Both the position numbers and the translations under genes were made by a program. The notes under the pieces were generated by a model. The model saw only the letters and a list, made by a program, of their open reading frames with translations, did no database searches and was not told the DNA's origin. From an uncultured virus (IMG/VR IMGVR_UViG_3300042520_003480) (lineage: Duplodnaviria > Heunggongvirae > Uroviricota > Caudoviricetes), in the IMG/VR virus record IMGVR_UViG_3300042520_003480: a stretch of 64,000 nt of DNA; one strand, 5' to 3'. Below, piece by piece: positions 18,433 through 27,540 of the stretch (positions are counted from its first letter, which is position 1; the number at the start of each line of letters is the position of its first letter).

Positions 18433-19389
18433 ATGGGAGTCTTACCGCCAAATTATAAAGGAGGAACAACATTAAATCCTCAAGTCGTAACATACGAAGA
18501 TCTTTCTATAAGAATTCAACGTCAACTCGGAGCTCCGTTAATCAATTTAGAGCTGACAGACGAACAAATTTACGATAATATTACCGATGCAATCGAATAC
18601 TTTACAAAATGGGCAGGGTATACAGAAGAATATTTAATTTTTGACTCAAAATTATATATTCCTTGTGTTGGAATTAAAGTTGATGATTTAATCAACAAAT
18701 CTCGTAAGGTTTGCAAACCTCTCACTTCTTCAACCACAACCACAAGTACAACTACACCAGCTGTTCCTGGAGAAATTGCTGCTGAATGGGACACAGAAAC
18801 TATAACGACTACATTGACGTGTAGTTGTGAACCTCAATATGATTATGATGACGATTTAGCGTCGCTTCGTAAAGTAATTGATTGCTTTGAATTTTCAAAA
18901 GGAGAAGATACAGGCATCAATACCTTGTTTACACTAGAACAAGCGATGTCTCAACAAATTTATTCAAGTTACATGATTGGTAACTTTGGGTTTGATTTAG
19001 TGACTTGGGAAGTTCTTAAGGGGTTTATTGATACAAGAAACAAGGTGTTGGCAATGCAAGATCAATTTAGATTCGATTCAAGAACTCAGATTCTCAAAAT
19101 TATTCCTGAACCCAGAAGCAATCATTCGTATCTTGGAGTAGTTGGTTGTTATGTGGAACGTCCAATTAAAGACATAATCAAAGAAAAATGGGTCCAAAAA
19201 TATACTTTAGCTCTTTGCAAAATAGCTGTTGCAAGGGTTAGAGAAAAATTTACTGGAACCAATATGATGGGTGGAGGATCTCTAAATGCCGGATTGCTAG
19301 CAGAAGGAATTCAAGAAAAAGAAAAACTTGAACAAGAATTAATGAACAACTACGTTGATTCTGCCCCACCAACATTTTTCATTGGTTGA
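18433..19389 (+). CDS. gp13: Neck (head-tail adaptor) protein
   Basis: RQLGAPLINLELTDEQI...DAIEYF, WVQKYTLALCK, GGGSLNA and C-terminal PPTFFIG. Confidence 0.9.
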   Translation: MGVLPPNYKGGTTLNPQVVTYEDLSIRIQRQLGAPLINLELTDEQIYDNITDAIEYFTKWAGYTEEYLIFDSKLYIPCVGIKVDDLINKSRKVCKPLTSSTTTTSTTTPAVPGEIAAEWDTETITTTLTCSCEPQYDYDDDLASLRKVIDCFEFSKGEDTGINTLFTLEQAMSQQIYSSYMIGNFGFDLVTWEVLKGFIDTRNKVLAMQDQFRFDSRTQILKIIPEPRSNHSYLGVVGCYVERPIKDIIKEKWVQKYTLALCKIAVARVREKFTGTNMMGGGSLNAGLLAEGIQEKEKLEQELMNNYVDSAPPTFFIG

Positions 19390-19401
19390 ATAATTACTTG
19401 T

Positions 19402-19677
19402 ATGAACTTTCAAGTATTAGTAGAAGAAATTCTATTAGAATCAGGCAAATGTACTGGTCCAACTAAGAAAACTTCGTCTGATAGAAAAGGAAAAAAGTAT
19501 ATGCAGTGTGCAAGACAGTCAGATGGCACATACAAACGTGTTCATTGGGGCCAAAAAGGTGTTAGAGTGACAGGAAAGTCAGGAAACACCAAACGTAAAA
19601 AAGCTTTTAGGGCTCGTCATAAATGTTCCTCTGCTAAAGCTGGTAGTCCTAAAGCGATGGCTTGTCGGGACTGGTAA
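19402..19677 (+). CDS. Small basic conserved T4-like phage protein
   Basis: VHWGQKG...RKKAFRARHKC...ACRDW pattern and N-terminal FxxLxExILLE. Confidence 0.7.
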   Translation: MNFQVLVEEILLESGKCTGPTKKTSSDRKGKKYMQCARQSDGTYKRVHWGQKGVRVTGKSGNTKRKKAFRARHKCSSAKAGSPKAMACRDW

Positions 19678-19685
19678 AAAAAAAT

Positions 19686-19693
19686 TATAAATA
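19686..19693 (+). promoter_or_regulatory. T4-type late promoter
   Basis: Exact TATAAATA 5 nt before the ATG at 19699. Confidence 0.75.
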
Positions 19694-19698
19694 ATAAT

Positions 19699-20229
19699 AT
19701 GCCTTACTATTCTAAAGGAAAATGTATTTACAAAAAGAAAAGCAACAAAAAAGTTGGCTGCACAAAGGGGCCTGTAGAGAATTACATGGCTGCTCTTCAT
19801 GCCAATGTCGAAGAATCCTTAAATTTATCTAGAGTTGGATCAAACTTAGAATTTAAAAACGTTAGATTTCCTTCAAAAGACGCGGCCGTTGTTACGTTTC
19901 ATTATATTTCCAAAAAAGATAGCATTGACGTAACGTTGGTATATAAATCAGGAAGAAATGCAGAGGAAGCTACCTATTCTTATGGTGTTCTTAAAGATCT
20001 AGGAGATATTCATGACAAAGGAATTAGGTTTGTAAATTCCCAATCAAAAGAATTTGAAAACTTTGTTAACTTAAAGCGCGTAGCTTTGTCTTCACAGGAT
20101 ATCGAAACAGCTAAACAAGTCGCATCAGAAAAAATTAAAAGCCACTTTTCAGCTAACCCAACTTTAGATGAACCATTTGAAGAGTCTTTAGAGTTTGAGA
20201 GCCGATTTGATGCCTTGATAAATGCGTAA
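19699..20229 (+). CDS. Hypothetical late protein
   Basis: 176-aa ORF with basic N-terminus MPYYSKGKCIYKK...ALHANVEES. Confidence 0.65.
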   Translation: MPYYSKGKCIYKKKSNKKVGCTKGPVENYMAALHANVEESLNLSRVGSNLEFKNVRFPSKDAAVVTFHYISKKDSIDVTLVYKSGRNAEEATYSYGVLKDLGDIHDKGIRFVNSQSKEFENFVNLKRVALSSQDIETAKQVASEKIKSHFSANPTLDEPFEESLEFESRFDALINA

Positions 20230-20668
20230 AAACAACAAATTTAAGCAAGGAATCTTTACTCCTAGAAATAAAGAAAAATACAAAGGAACGTTTCCTATAT
20301 ATTATCGTAGTTCATATGAATTAAAGTTTCAAAGATGGGCTGATGCGAATCCTAGTGTTCTCACGTGGGGATCTGAAAGCATTGTTATTCCGTATCAAAA
20401 TCCTTTAACAGGCAGAGTTAGTAGATACTTTACAGACTTTAATATCACTATGAGAGATAAGAATGGGGAGCTTAAAAGGTTTATTATAGAAGTAAAACCT
20501 CACTCTCAAACATTACCTCCTGTACAAAAGACCAGAAATACAAAAAGTTTAATGAGACAACAAGCAGAATATGTTAAAAATAAAGCAAAATGGCAAGCTG
20601 CTCAGGCATATTGTGAAGCTAAGAACAGTTGTTTTGTAATTTTAACAGAAAAGCACTTGGGTATTTAG
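20222..20668 (+). CDS. gp4: Head completion nuclease (TnsA-like)
   Basis: NKEKYKG...YRSSYE...WGSE...IPY...RYFTDF...IEVKP...NKAKW. Confidence 0.93.
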   Translation: MRKNNKFKQGIFTPRNKEKYKGTFPIYYRSSYELKFQRWADANPSVLTWGSESIVIPYQNPLTGRVSRYFTDFNITMRDKNGELKRFIIEVKPHSQTLPPVQKTRNTKSLMRQQAEYVKNKAKWQAAQAYCEAKNSCFVILTEKHLGI

Positions 20669-21729
20669 TACTTGATACAATACAACATTGCAATGTTTGC
20701 TGGTCTTGTTTCGTGAGATGTTCTTGGAGTAGCTCCTCCAAGTCCGTTTGAGTCTCCTGCTCCAGCTGTTGCTTGGTCTCCAGTAGGACTTAAAACTTTT
20801 ACTCCAGTGGAGTTGCCTGTGACGGAAACAGAAATTTCAATTTCTTCTTTAGACGTTTTGACGGTGGGATCTTTATACATCGTTCTACCGTCTCCCATGT
20901 TTCCGCCAGAGGATTCCTTAATTGTGTTGTATGCATTGGTGTCGTGTGTGTGCCCACCGTCTTGGTCTACTGTGGTAGGGTGAGTGTGTTGAGGATCATG
21001 CAATCCGTGTTTATGGCCCTGAAAAGTATCTGTTTGCTTTTTACCAAAATCTCCGCTAGCGACAAGGTCGGTGTTAATTCCAGACCCCCTTACAAAGTAT
21101 CCTCTGAGGTCGGGCAGCTGTCCATATGTTCCATATGTAATACCAAGCGTGTTTCTGAGATTCTGTAACTCACTTGCATTGACACCTTGAACTGTTCCTG
21201 AAGTGCCAATAGGATCCCCATTACAGATCAACCAACCAACCGGAGCTGTATTGGCGGCCATTGGCATCACGGCTCCTGTCGGAACAAGCGTTCTACCATC
21301 CATATAACCAGAACCACCTGCAGAAATCGGAAGAACATTTGTAACTGCTTGAGAGGAAGCTAAATTAATTGCTCCGAAGTCTAGTAAAGTTCCGGAATTG
21401 TTTACTCTAAGCACTTGGTTTGCTGTGCCGTCTATGTCTACAACGGGACCAAAAGTTGTTAATTCTCTTCCAATTACACTTAATCCGTTTCGGTTTGCTA
21501 GTTTGGCGTTTGTGACGTCTCCATCATTCAATCCTTTAACACCAGAGAGGTTATTAAAATTGGTTACCATATTGTTTATGGCGTTGTTTACTGGCTCTAG
21601 CAATTTTTGTACAGTTAACTTTAAAGTAGTAGCTGAACCACCAAATCCTCTCGCAATTGGAATTTGATCGGCATTTTGAGCATTTCCAGCATCAGTTAGT
21701 TCAGAAATTTTGGTTGGTGTAGCAGCCAT
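20665..21729 (-). CDS. Tail-collar domain fibre protein
   Basis: N-terminal KISEL; PTGAVMP...PVGWLICNG...LPDLRGYFVRG; C-terminal ETRPANIAMLYCIKY. Confidence 0.9.
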   Translation of the reverse strand: MAATPTKISELTDAGNAQNADQIPIARGFGGSATTLKLTVQKLLEPVNNAINNMVTNFNNLSGVKGLNDGDVTNAKLANRNGLSVIGRELTTFGPVVDIDGTANQVLRVNNSGTLLDFGAINLASSQAVTNVLPISAGGSGYMDGRTLVPTGAVMPMAANTAPVGWLICNGDPIGTSGTVQGVNASELQNLRNTLGITYGTYGQLPDLRGYFVRGSGINTDLVASGDFGKKQTDTFQGHKHGLHDPQHTHPTTVDQDGGHTHDTNAYNTIKESSGGNMGDGRTMYKDPTVKTSKEEIEISVSVTGNSTGVKVLSPTGDQATAGAGDSNGLGGATPRTSHETRPANIAMLYCIKY

Positions 21730-21747
21730 GATGTTATATTTATTATT

Positions 21748-22125
21748 TTAAATGCACTGAACAAGGAAATAATCAAAATTCTCTTGTTTTTCGAAGTTTG
21801 TGATACCATCTTCTTCTATTGCGAGCCAACACTCTTCGTCGTTGTTGTCCGTTAAGCAGGGAGCATAAAGAAGATTGGTTGATTCGGTTATAATTGCAGA
21901 ATTTGTCGGGTCTGTTCCTGTTTCTAGTGCTAGGTAACAACCTTCTGTTAAATCTATTTTGCAATTAATTTGTAAAGGAAAATTTAATCCAGAGTTTGGG
22001 GTTTTTGCTTTGTTTGAAATGCTGGCTGGAGTTCGCTTTAAAAGACACGGAATTACTACAGGAATTATTTCTTCATCTGGAGGAAGTGGCGGTAAAACTA
22101 CACTGGATAAACAGCGAACAAGCAT
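21748..22125 (-). CDS. Small structural/adaptor-like protein with LxxExG motifs
   Basis: YLALETG and WLAIEEDG motifs, directly upstream of the fibre gene. Confidence 0.5.
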   Translation of the reverse strand: MLVRCLSSVVLPPLPPDEEIIPVVIPCLLKRTPASISNKAKTPNSGLNFPLQINCKIDLTEGCYLALETGTDPTNSAIITESTNLLYAPCLTDNNDEECWLAIEEDGITNFEKQENFDYFLVQCI

Positions 22126-22207
22126 AATATATTTCTAATAATTATCAATAAGCTCGCATAAACAGGTGAAAAAGTTAACAAGTTAGATAAATAAAATTAA
22201 CATTACT

Positions 22208-22885
22208 ATGGGATTAAAGTTTTTAACAACCGAATTGCATGAGCAATTAGACTTCCTCGTCGAAGAAAAAAATTCTCAAGAACCACAAAAATATTATATA
22301 ACTGGTCCGTACATGATGGCTGAGAAACAAAATCAAAACGGACGTGTTTATCAATTAGATGAAATGGTTAGAGAAGTTGGTCGTTATATGAGTGATATGG
22401 TTAAAACTCGTAGAGCAATTGGAGAAATGAATCACCCCCAATCAACTGAAGTTAATCCTGTTAATGCCTGCCATCTTGTTACAGAACTTAGACAAAACGG
22501 CAACTACTTCATGGGTAAGTCTTTAATTCTTGATACACCAATGGGACAATTGCTCAAAAGTTTAGTCAAAGACAAAATCCAAATGGGTATTTCTACCCGT
22601 GGTCTTGGAAATCTTACGGAAGCCACGGATGGAAAACGAGTTTCAAACTTTCATCTTATATGCTTAGATGTAGTTCATCAACCTTCTGTGCAAAATGCAA
22701 TGTTGGAATCAATTTTAGAATCAAAAGAATGGCTCGTTGGTTCAGATGGAAGAATTATGGAAGTTTCTTACAACGCATTTTCTAATTTAAAAGAATCATT
22801 AAATAAGCTACCTAAGCATGAAACAAATGCTTTCTTAAAAGAGCAATTGACTAATTTTATTAATTCTCTCAAATCCTCTAAATAA
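22208..22885 (+). CDS. gp21: Prohead protease
   Basis: NQNGRVY, AIGEMNHP, ILDTPMG, GISTRGLG and DVVHQPS. Confidence 0.96.
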   Translation: MGLKFLTTELHEQLDFLVEEKNSQEPQKYYITGPYMMAEKQNQNGRVYQLDEMVREVGRYMSDMVKTRRAIGEMNHPQSTEVNPVNACHLVTELRQNGNYFMGKSLILDTPMGQLLKSLVKDKIQMGISTRGLGNLTEATDGKRVSNFHLICLDVVHQPSVQNAMLESILESKEWLVGSDGRIMEVSYNAFSNLKESLNKLPKHETNAFLKEQLTNFINSLKSSK

Positions 22886-22889
22886 TTTT

Positions 22890-23033
22890 ATGGACACAGA
22901 AAAAAAAGACATCAAACAGTTCATTTCTAACGTTGTTGACAGAAATTACAGTCAAGCTAACAACTCTTTACAGAAAATGATTGAAAACAAGCTAAAAAAT
23001 AAAATTAAAGCTTGTCTTGAACCAAAAAATTAA
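22890..23033 (+). CDS. Small prohead core protein (gp67-like), absent from the ORF track
   Basis: Manual translation MDTEKKDIKQFISNVVDRNYSQANNSLQKMIENKLKNKIKACLEPKN*, between gp21 and gp22. Confidence 0.6.
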   Translation: MDTEKKDIKQFISNVVDRNYSQANNSLQKMIENKLKNKIKACLEPKN

Positions 23034-23059
23034 CACCAACAAGATAAATAAAATATAAC

Positions 23060-24025
23060 ATGATCAAGAATATTCTAAGTGAACAGTTCAAGGATTTGAT
23101 TACAGAAGAGACTCTTACGACAATCGAAGAGGCTTTTAATCAAGCCGTTGAAGAAAAGTCAAAGGAAAAGATTCAGCTTGAATCCCAAAACGTCAAACAA
23201 AAGCTTGATGAAGAGTATACATCCAAACTTCAACACGTAATTGATAGGATCGACGAAGATCACACAAATAAACTTAAAAAGCTCGTTGAAGCAATTGATA
23301 CAGATCATGCCGTAAAGCTCCAGAAGCTTGTCAAGGGCATTGACAAAAAGCACACATCAATGCTAAATCAGCTTGTAGAAAAATACGAAGGACAGATTGC
23401 TGATGATGCTAAGTCATTTCAAGAAAAACTCGTTGAAGAAGTTTCTAACTATCTTGATTTGTATATCGACAAGAATATTCCTAAAAATCAAATTTCTGAA
23501 GCTGTTGCTAATATTAAAGCTGCTAAACAACTTCAACAAATCCGTCAGATTGTCGGAATCTCTGAAGAGTTCATTGACAATGAAGTCAAAGAAGCTCTTG
23601 TTGACGGAAAGAAAACAATTGATTCACTTAGAGGCGAATTAAACGTTGCTTTAAAAGAAAACGCAGACCTAACATTGCGTTCGAATAAAGCCCAGGCACA
23701 CATCATTCTTGAACAAAAGACGGCTGATATGCCTTCAGCTAAAAAACAATTTGTAAACAAACTCTTGGGAAATAAAGCTCCTGAATACATTCAAGAGAAC
23801 TTCCAATATGTTGTTGATATGTTCGAAAGAGAATATCAAGACGAGGTTGATGAGATTAAAGAATCAGTCAAACAAGAATTTGTAAAAACTCCTGCAATCG
23901 ATCGTCCTCAAGTGATTGCAGAAAGCGTAGAATTTAACAATGAGATCGAACGAGCTGAATCAGGTGATACAGTAAACGGCTATCTGAACGAGATGAAGAA
24001 ACTTAACAGATTTTCTGCTAAATAA
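23060..24025 (+). CDS. gp22: Prohead scaffolding core protein
   Basis: Acidic coiled-coil containing LVEEVSNYLDLY, immediately upstream of the capsid gene. Confidence 0.88.
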   Translation: MIKNILSEQFKDLITEETLTTIEEAFNQAVEEKSKEKIQLESQNVKQKLDEEYTSKLQHVIDRIDEDHTNKLKKLVEAIDTDHAVKLQKLVKGIDKKHTSMLNQLVEKYEGQIADDAKSFQEKLVEEVSNYLDLYIDKNIPKNQISEAVANIKAAKQLQQIRQIVGISEEFIDNEVKEALVDGKKTIDSLRGELNVALKENADLTLRSNKAQAHIILEQKTADMPSAKKQFVNKLLGNKAPEYIQENFQYVVDMFEREYQDEVDEIKESVKQEFVKTPAIDRPQVIAESVEFNNEIERAESGDTVNGYLNEMKKLNRFSAK

Positions 24026-24061
24026 TTCACTCACAATAAAAGGAAAAACACAAATAAAACT

Positions 24062-25522
24062 ATGTCAAACTTAATGCATATAAACAAAGATTATGCTCAG
24101 ACTTTGGTTGAGAAATGGGCTCCAGTTTTGGACTTCAAATCAGACAAAGTTTCTGAGATCACAAACGAAACAACACGCTTAAACACAGCTATCCTCTTGG
24201 AAAACCAAGAAAAGTGGTGCTTACGGGAAGCCAGCAATTCTGCCTCTACAGGTGGAGTGTTTGGTGCCCATCAGCCAACTGCTGGCGCCTATTCTGGCGA
24301 CAGATACGCTGCTGGCGATGCTCGTTTACCTAAAGTCCTTATTCCGATGATTCGTCGTACATTCCCCGAGCTCATTACTAATGAGATCGTCGGTGTACAA
24401 CCAATGACCGGTCCAGTCGGCCTTGCTTTCGCAATGCGCTACAAGTACGAAGATTCCGCTCTCGGATATTCTGCTAATGGCGACGGAAACAATCCTTCTG
24501 GCTCACTTGGTGCTAATACAGCACAAGCACATGAAAAAGAACTTGGGTACAACTACCTTAACAATGCCTTCACAGGTGCAGTTTCTCCAGAACTCAGCGG
24601 TAAAGCTGGTGTTTGGGATTCTTCCACTGGTGCTGGTAATCTTCTTGAAGATTCTGGTGTTGGAGCTTTCATGAGCCAATTTGAGCTTAGCTCAAAAATC
24701 CCTCAGATCACAGTTTCGTTTGAGAAAACAGCCGTTGAAGCTTTAACCCGTAGGTTAGCAGCTAAATGGTCTGTTGAGCTCGAGCAGGATCTTAAAAATA
24801 TGAACGGTATCGATATCGATGCTGAGCTTACTAACGCCATGTCTTATGAGATCCAGGCTGAAATCGACCGCGAAATGATCGCCCGTATGATTCAGGTCTG
24901 CCTCAATGCTGGTGAAGGTGTTGGTTATTCCACATGGTCTGCTATCTCTGCTGACGGTCGTTGGTCTGGAGAGCGCGCTCGTGACTTCTACAACAGAATC
25001 GTTGTTGAAGCTAACCGCGTCGCTATTCGCAATCGTCGTGGTGCCGCTAATTTCATTATCGCCACTCCACGTATCTGCGCTATTCTCGAGACTCTTCCAA
25101 ACTTCAGCTGGATGCCAGTCAATGGTAATGTGAATACACAGCCTGTTGGTATTGCTAAGGTCGGTTCGGTCGGTGGTCGTTTCCAAATCTATCGTGATAC
25201 TCGTACAGAAGCACAAACAAATGCTGGTTACACAACATCCAACAAGGGTGGCGGATACGTTCCGACTCGTAAGGCTATTGATTATGCTCTTCTCGGATAT
25301 AAGGGTGCAGAATACTACGACAGTGGTATCGTCTATTGCCCATACATCCCTGTAATGGTACAGCGCACGATTGGTCCTAACGACTTCAGCCCACGTGTTG
25401 GATTGCTCACTCGTTATGGAGTGGTTGACCACATCTTTGGTGCTAGCTTGTACTATCACTTAGTGATTTGCACAGGACTCGGCGAGTCGTTCAGACCTGG
25501 AACAGCTGCAATTTATCTCTAA
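24062..25522 (+). CDS. gp23: Major capsid protein
   Basis: EKWAPVLD, LLENQ, GVQPMTGPVGLAFAMR, ELEQDLK and YCPYIP. Confidence 0.98.
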   Translation: MSNLMHINKDYAQTLVEKWAPVLDFKSDKVSEITNETTRLNTAILLENQEKWCLREASNSASTGGVFGAHQPTAGAYSGDRYAAGDARLPKVLIPMIRRTFPELITNEIVGVQPMTGPVGLAFAMRYKYEDSALGYSANGDGNNPSGSLGANTAQAHEKELGYNYLNNAFTGAVSPELSGKAGVWDSSTGAGNLLEDSGVGAFMSQFELSSKIPQITVSFEKTAVEALTRRLAAKWSVELEQDLKNMNGIDIDAELTNAMSYEIQAEIDREMIARMIQVCLNAGEGVGYSTWSAISADGRWSGERARDFYNRIVVEANRVAIRNRRGAANFIIATPRICAILETLPNFSWMPVNGNVNTQPVGIAKVGSVGGRFQIYRDTRTEAQTNAGYTTSNKGGGYVPTRKAIDYALLGYKGAEYYDSGIVYCPYIPVMVQRTIGPNDFSPRVGLLTRYGVVDHIFGASLYYHLVICTGLGESFRPGTAAIYL

Positions 25523-25552
25523 TACAGATATTTGCTTTCAGGCAAACAATTC

Positions 25553-25586
25553 AGAAACCCGGTCGAAAGACCGGGTTTTCTTTTTT
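25553..25586 (+). terminator. Intrinsic terminator after the capsid gene
   Basis: AAACCCGGTC-GAAA-GACCGGGTTT followed by a T-tract. Confidence 0.92.
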
Positions 25587-25592
25587 ATGGAG

Positions 25593-25621
25593 TTGATTTA
25601 TAACTATTGTGAATGTAATAT
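25593..25621 (+). promoter_or_regulatory. Sigma70-like promoter
   Basis: TTGATT-N17-TAATAT, 6 nt before the ATG at 25628. Confidence 0.55.
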
Positions 25622-25627
25622 AAGATT

Positions 25628-25774
25628 ATGAGCAATAATCAAGCAGGCAAAGGGGACAAACCTCGACCAATCATCAAAAGAGCATATGATAATAATTTTG
25701 ATCAAATCGTTTGGAAACGTTCTGAGGAAAAGGAAAGCGCCAGTAAAAAAGGAAAGAAGACCTACAAGTATTAA
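25628..25774 (+). CDS. 48-aa small basic protein, absent from the ORF track
   Basis: MSNNQAGKGDKPRPIIKRAYDNNFDQIVW...; the GKGxKPR...N(F/W)DxI pattern recurs in small phage proteins, and it has its own promoter. Confidence 0.7.
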   Translation: MSNNQAGKGDKPRPIIKRAYDNNFDQIVWKRSEEKESASKKGKKTYKY

Positions 25775-26112
25775 TCTACTTTAATTTCAATTATTTTGTC
25801 GAAGAACACAGAAGTAATTTTTTCGGGAATCTTAGGTAAAAAGCGAGTAGGCAAAGAGCCCAATCTATAATCAAAATATAGTATTCCTTCTTCTGAATAA
25901 TTCTCTACGTTGAATGGAATGGGTATATCAAAATTTTCTTTAATATTTTTGTCAGACATTAAAGAAAATTGAATAAAATAATGAATTTTTTTGTATAAAA
26001 TAAGTTTTCCTTTTTTTATAACTTTATTGTTTAAGTGAATGCTTAAACGTTTTTGTAAACAAGAAATTAAAATTGGTTCAATTTCTACGTTGTTAATTGT
26101 TAAAGTATTCAT
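25771..26112 (-). CDS. Hypothetical protein
   Basis: 113-aa ORF at the end of an operon. Confidence 0.6.
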   Translation of the reverse strand: MNTLTINNVEIEPILISCLQKRLSIHLNNKVIKKGKLILYKKIHYFIQFSLMSDKNIKENFDIPIPFNVENYSEEGILYFDYRLGSLPTRFLPKIPEKITSVFFDKIIEIKVD

Positions 26113-26113
26113 A

Positions 26114-26500
26114 TTAAGTATTCATAAACCGAGCTTTTTGATCAGCAGACATATCCACTAACCGCTCATAAAAGTATTTCCAAAATGGGGCAGGATCTGG
26201 GCTGGTTTTAATTACAGCAATAACCTCTACGTCATTGCAATTAATCATGCGAAAGTTTTGCATAAACACGTCCCAGGTCGCTACTAAGTTTTTTGAAGAA
26301 GGATCGTATTTTAAGGACCCTGTCGGTTGTACAAAGTTCAAAACTCTTTTGCCTGGAACCGATAACAAGAGTCTTTTATCGTTTGTGCAAAGCATTCTTC
26401 TATAATCCCCAAAGCCGGGCTTTTGAATTCTCCGACGAAAGCGCAGCTCTGCAGCGTTTGTCTGCAATAGTATAAACAAAGCTGTTCTTCCTAATTGCAT
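26114..26500 (-). CDS. SH3/WYL-like fold phage protein
   Basis: ELRFRRR...RRMLCT...TWDVFMQNFRMI resembles small SH3-barrel proteins of T4-like phages. Confidence 0.55.
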   Translation of the reverse strand: MQLGRTALFILLQTNAAELRFRRRIQKPGFGDYRRMLCTNDKRLLLSVPGKRVLNFVQPTGSLKYDPSSKNLVATWDVFMQNFRMINCNDVEVIAVIKTSPDPAPFWKYFYERLVDMSADQKARFMNT

Positions 26501-26889
26501 TAATTAGTGGCAGGTCGACAAATACCGAAGATCCTATCTTCGTTTAGAAAAATGTTGAGTTTTCCATTTCTCTGCATTCCTTTAATTCCTTTGTCTCCAG
26601 GAAAAATTACATAATGCCCTGTTTTTACTTGCTTTGTGTTTGGTCCAGCCAAAACAACCTTGCCTACTCTCCAAGCTTTGTTGTCTACTACCTCTGCAGG
26701 AAGAATAATGCCGTTTCGAATCAATGATTTACCGTCTTCTGCTGTATCTGCATACACTACCTGAATTACATCTCCAAGTAGTTCCGTAATTTCAAAATTT
26801 TCGGGAAGTGGGCAGTCTTGATATAATTCCACGTCTGCAATACCATTGTTTTCTCTGGGTAATAAGTGTGAGTGAGGAGTTTGTTCCAT
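26500..26889 (-). CDS. groES: GroES-like co-chaperonin
   Basis: LGDVIQV...GIILP...GKVVLAGP...VKTGHYVIF...FLNEDRIFG. Confidence 0.85.
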   Translation of the reverse strand: MEQTPHSHLLPRENNGIADVELYQDCPLPENFEITELLGDVIQVVYADTAEDGKSLIRNGIILPAEVVDNKAWRVGKVVLAGPNTKQVKTGHYVIFPGDKGIKGMQRNGKLNIFLNEDRIFGICRPATN

Positions 26890-26937
26890 AGTGTTAATTA
26901 GATCCAGAAAATTTTACGTCAACTGATAAATAACTAT

Positions 26938-27216
26938 ATGATATTTAAAGACACAGAACTTTTAACGAATCTTTACGAAGGAATTACTAACAATAAGTTG
27001 CAAGACAAAAAAGGAAAAAAAGAGTTAGAAGAGGCTAAAAAGGGCAAAAAACCTGAATTTTTGTATTCTAACAAAAATAAAGATGAAGATGAACCTATGA
27101 GCAAAACTCTTAAAAAGAAAGCAATGAAAGAAGGGTTACTTACGTTTAAAGATCGCTTTGAAGCTGTAATGACAGAAAATGATTCAAGAAGAAAGTCTAT
27201 CAATAGAACCAAGTAA
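26938..27216 (+). CDS. Small charged late protein, possible internal head protein
   Basis: GATAAATA 5 nt upstream; LYE, LEEA and VMTE protease-like sites. Confidence 0.55.
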   Translation: MIFKDTELLTNLYEGITNNKLQDKKGKKELEEAKKGKKPEFLYSNKNKDEDEPMSKTLKKKAMKEGLLTFKDRFEAVMTENDSRRKSINRTK

Positions 27217-27540
27217 AAACATCGCTTCTCTGTTTGAAATTTCACATCGTTGAGCAATAGCTTTCGCTTTAAGGTCTATTTCAATGTCGGTGTCTTTAAT
27301 TTTTTTGATGTAATTTATTCTTGGAGAGTATTTCATTTTAGGAAAAAAAGAAATCATTGTTTTGTAGTGCAATTCTTTGTTTTCTAGTAAAATTTTAGAG
27401 TTTACTTGATTAATAGATAAACATAACGTTGGATTAATAAAACTTAACCAACGATTAACTAAAAAAGGAACATATTCATCTAGTGGTAAATCTCCCTTTT
27501 TGGTTACAATTATGTCTTTTAGGTAATCAAAGATTGTCAC
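27184..27540 (-). CDS. gp62: Clamp loader small subunit
   Basis: IFDYLKDI...YVPFLVNRWLSF...YIKK...CEISNREA matches the gp62 pattern. Confidence 0.8.
   Translation of the reverse strand: MTIFDYLKDIIVTKKGDLPLDEYVPFLVNRWLSFINPTLCLSINQVNSKILLENKELHYKTMISFFPKMKYSPRINYIKKIKDTDIEIDLKAKAIAQRCEISNREAMFLLGSIDRLSS

Noticed and set aside
18131..18493. Several overlapping ORFs at the portal 3' end
   Set aside because: They arise from the GC-richer low-complexity Gly/Ala/Glu tail.
24755..25459. 234-aa antisense ORF inside the capsid gene
   Set aside because: Typical shadow of strong codon bias in gp23, with no recognisable motifs.
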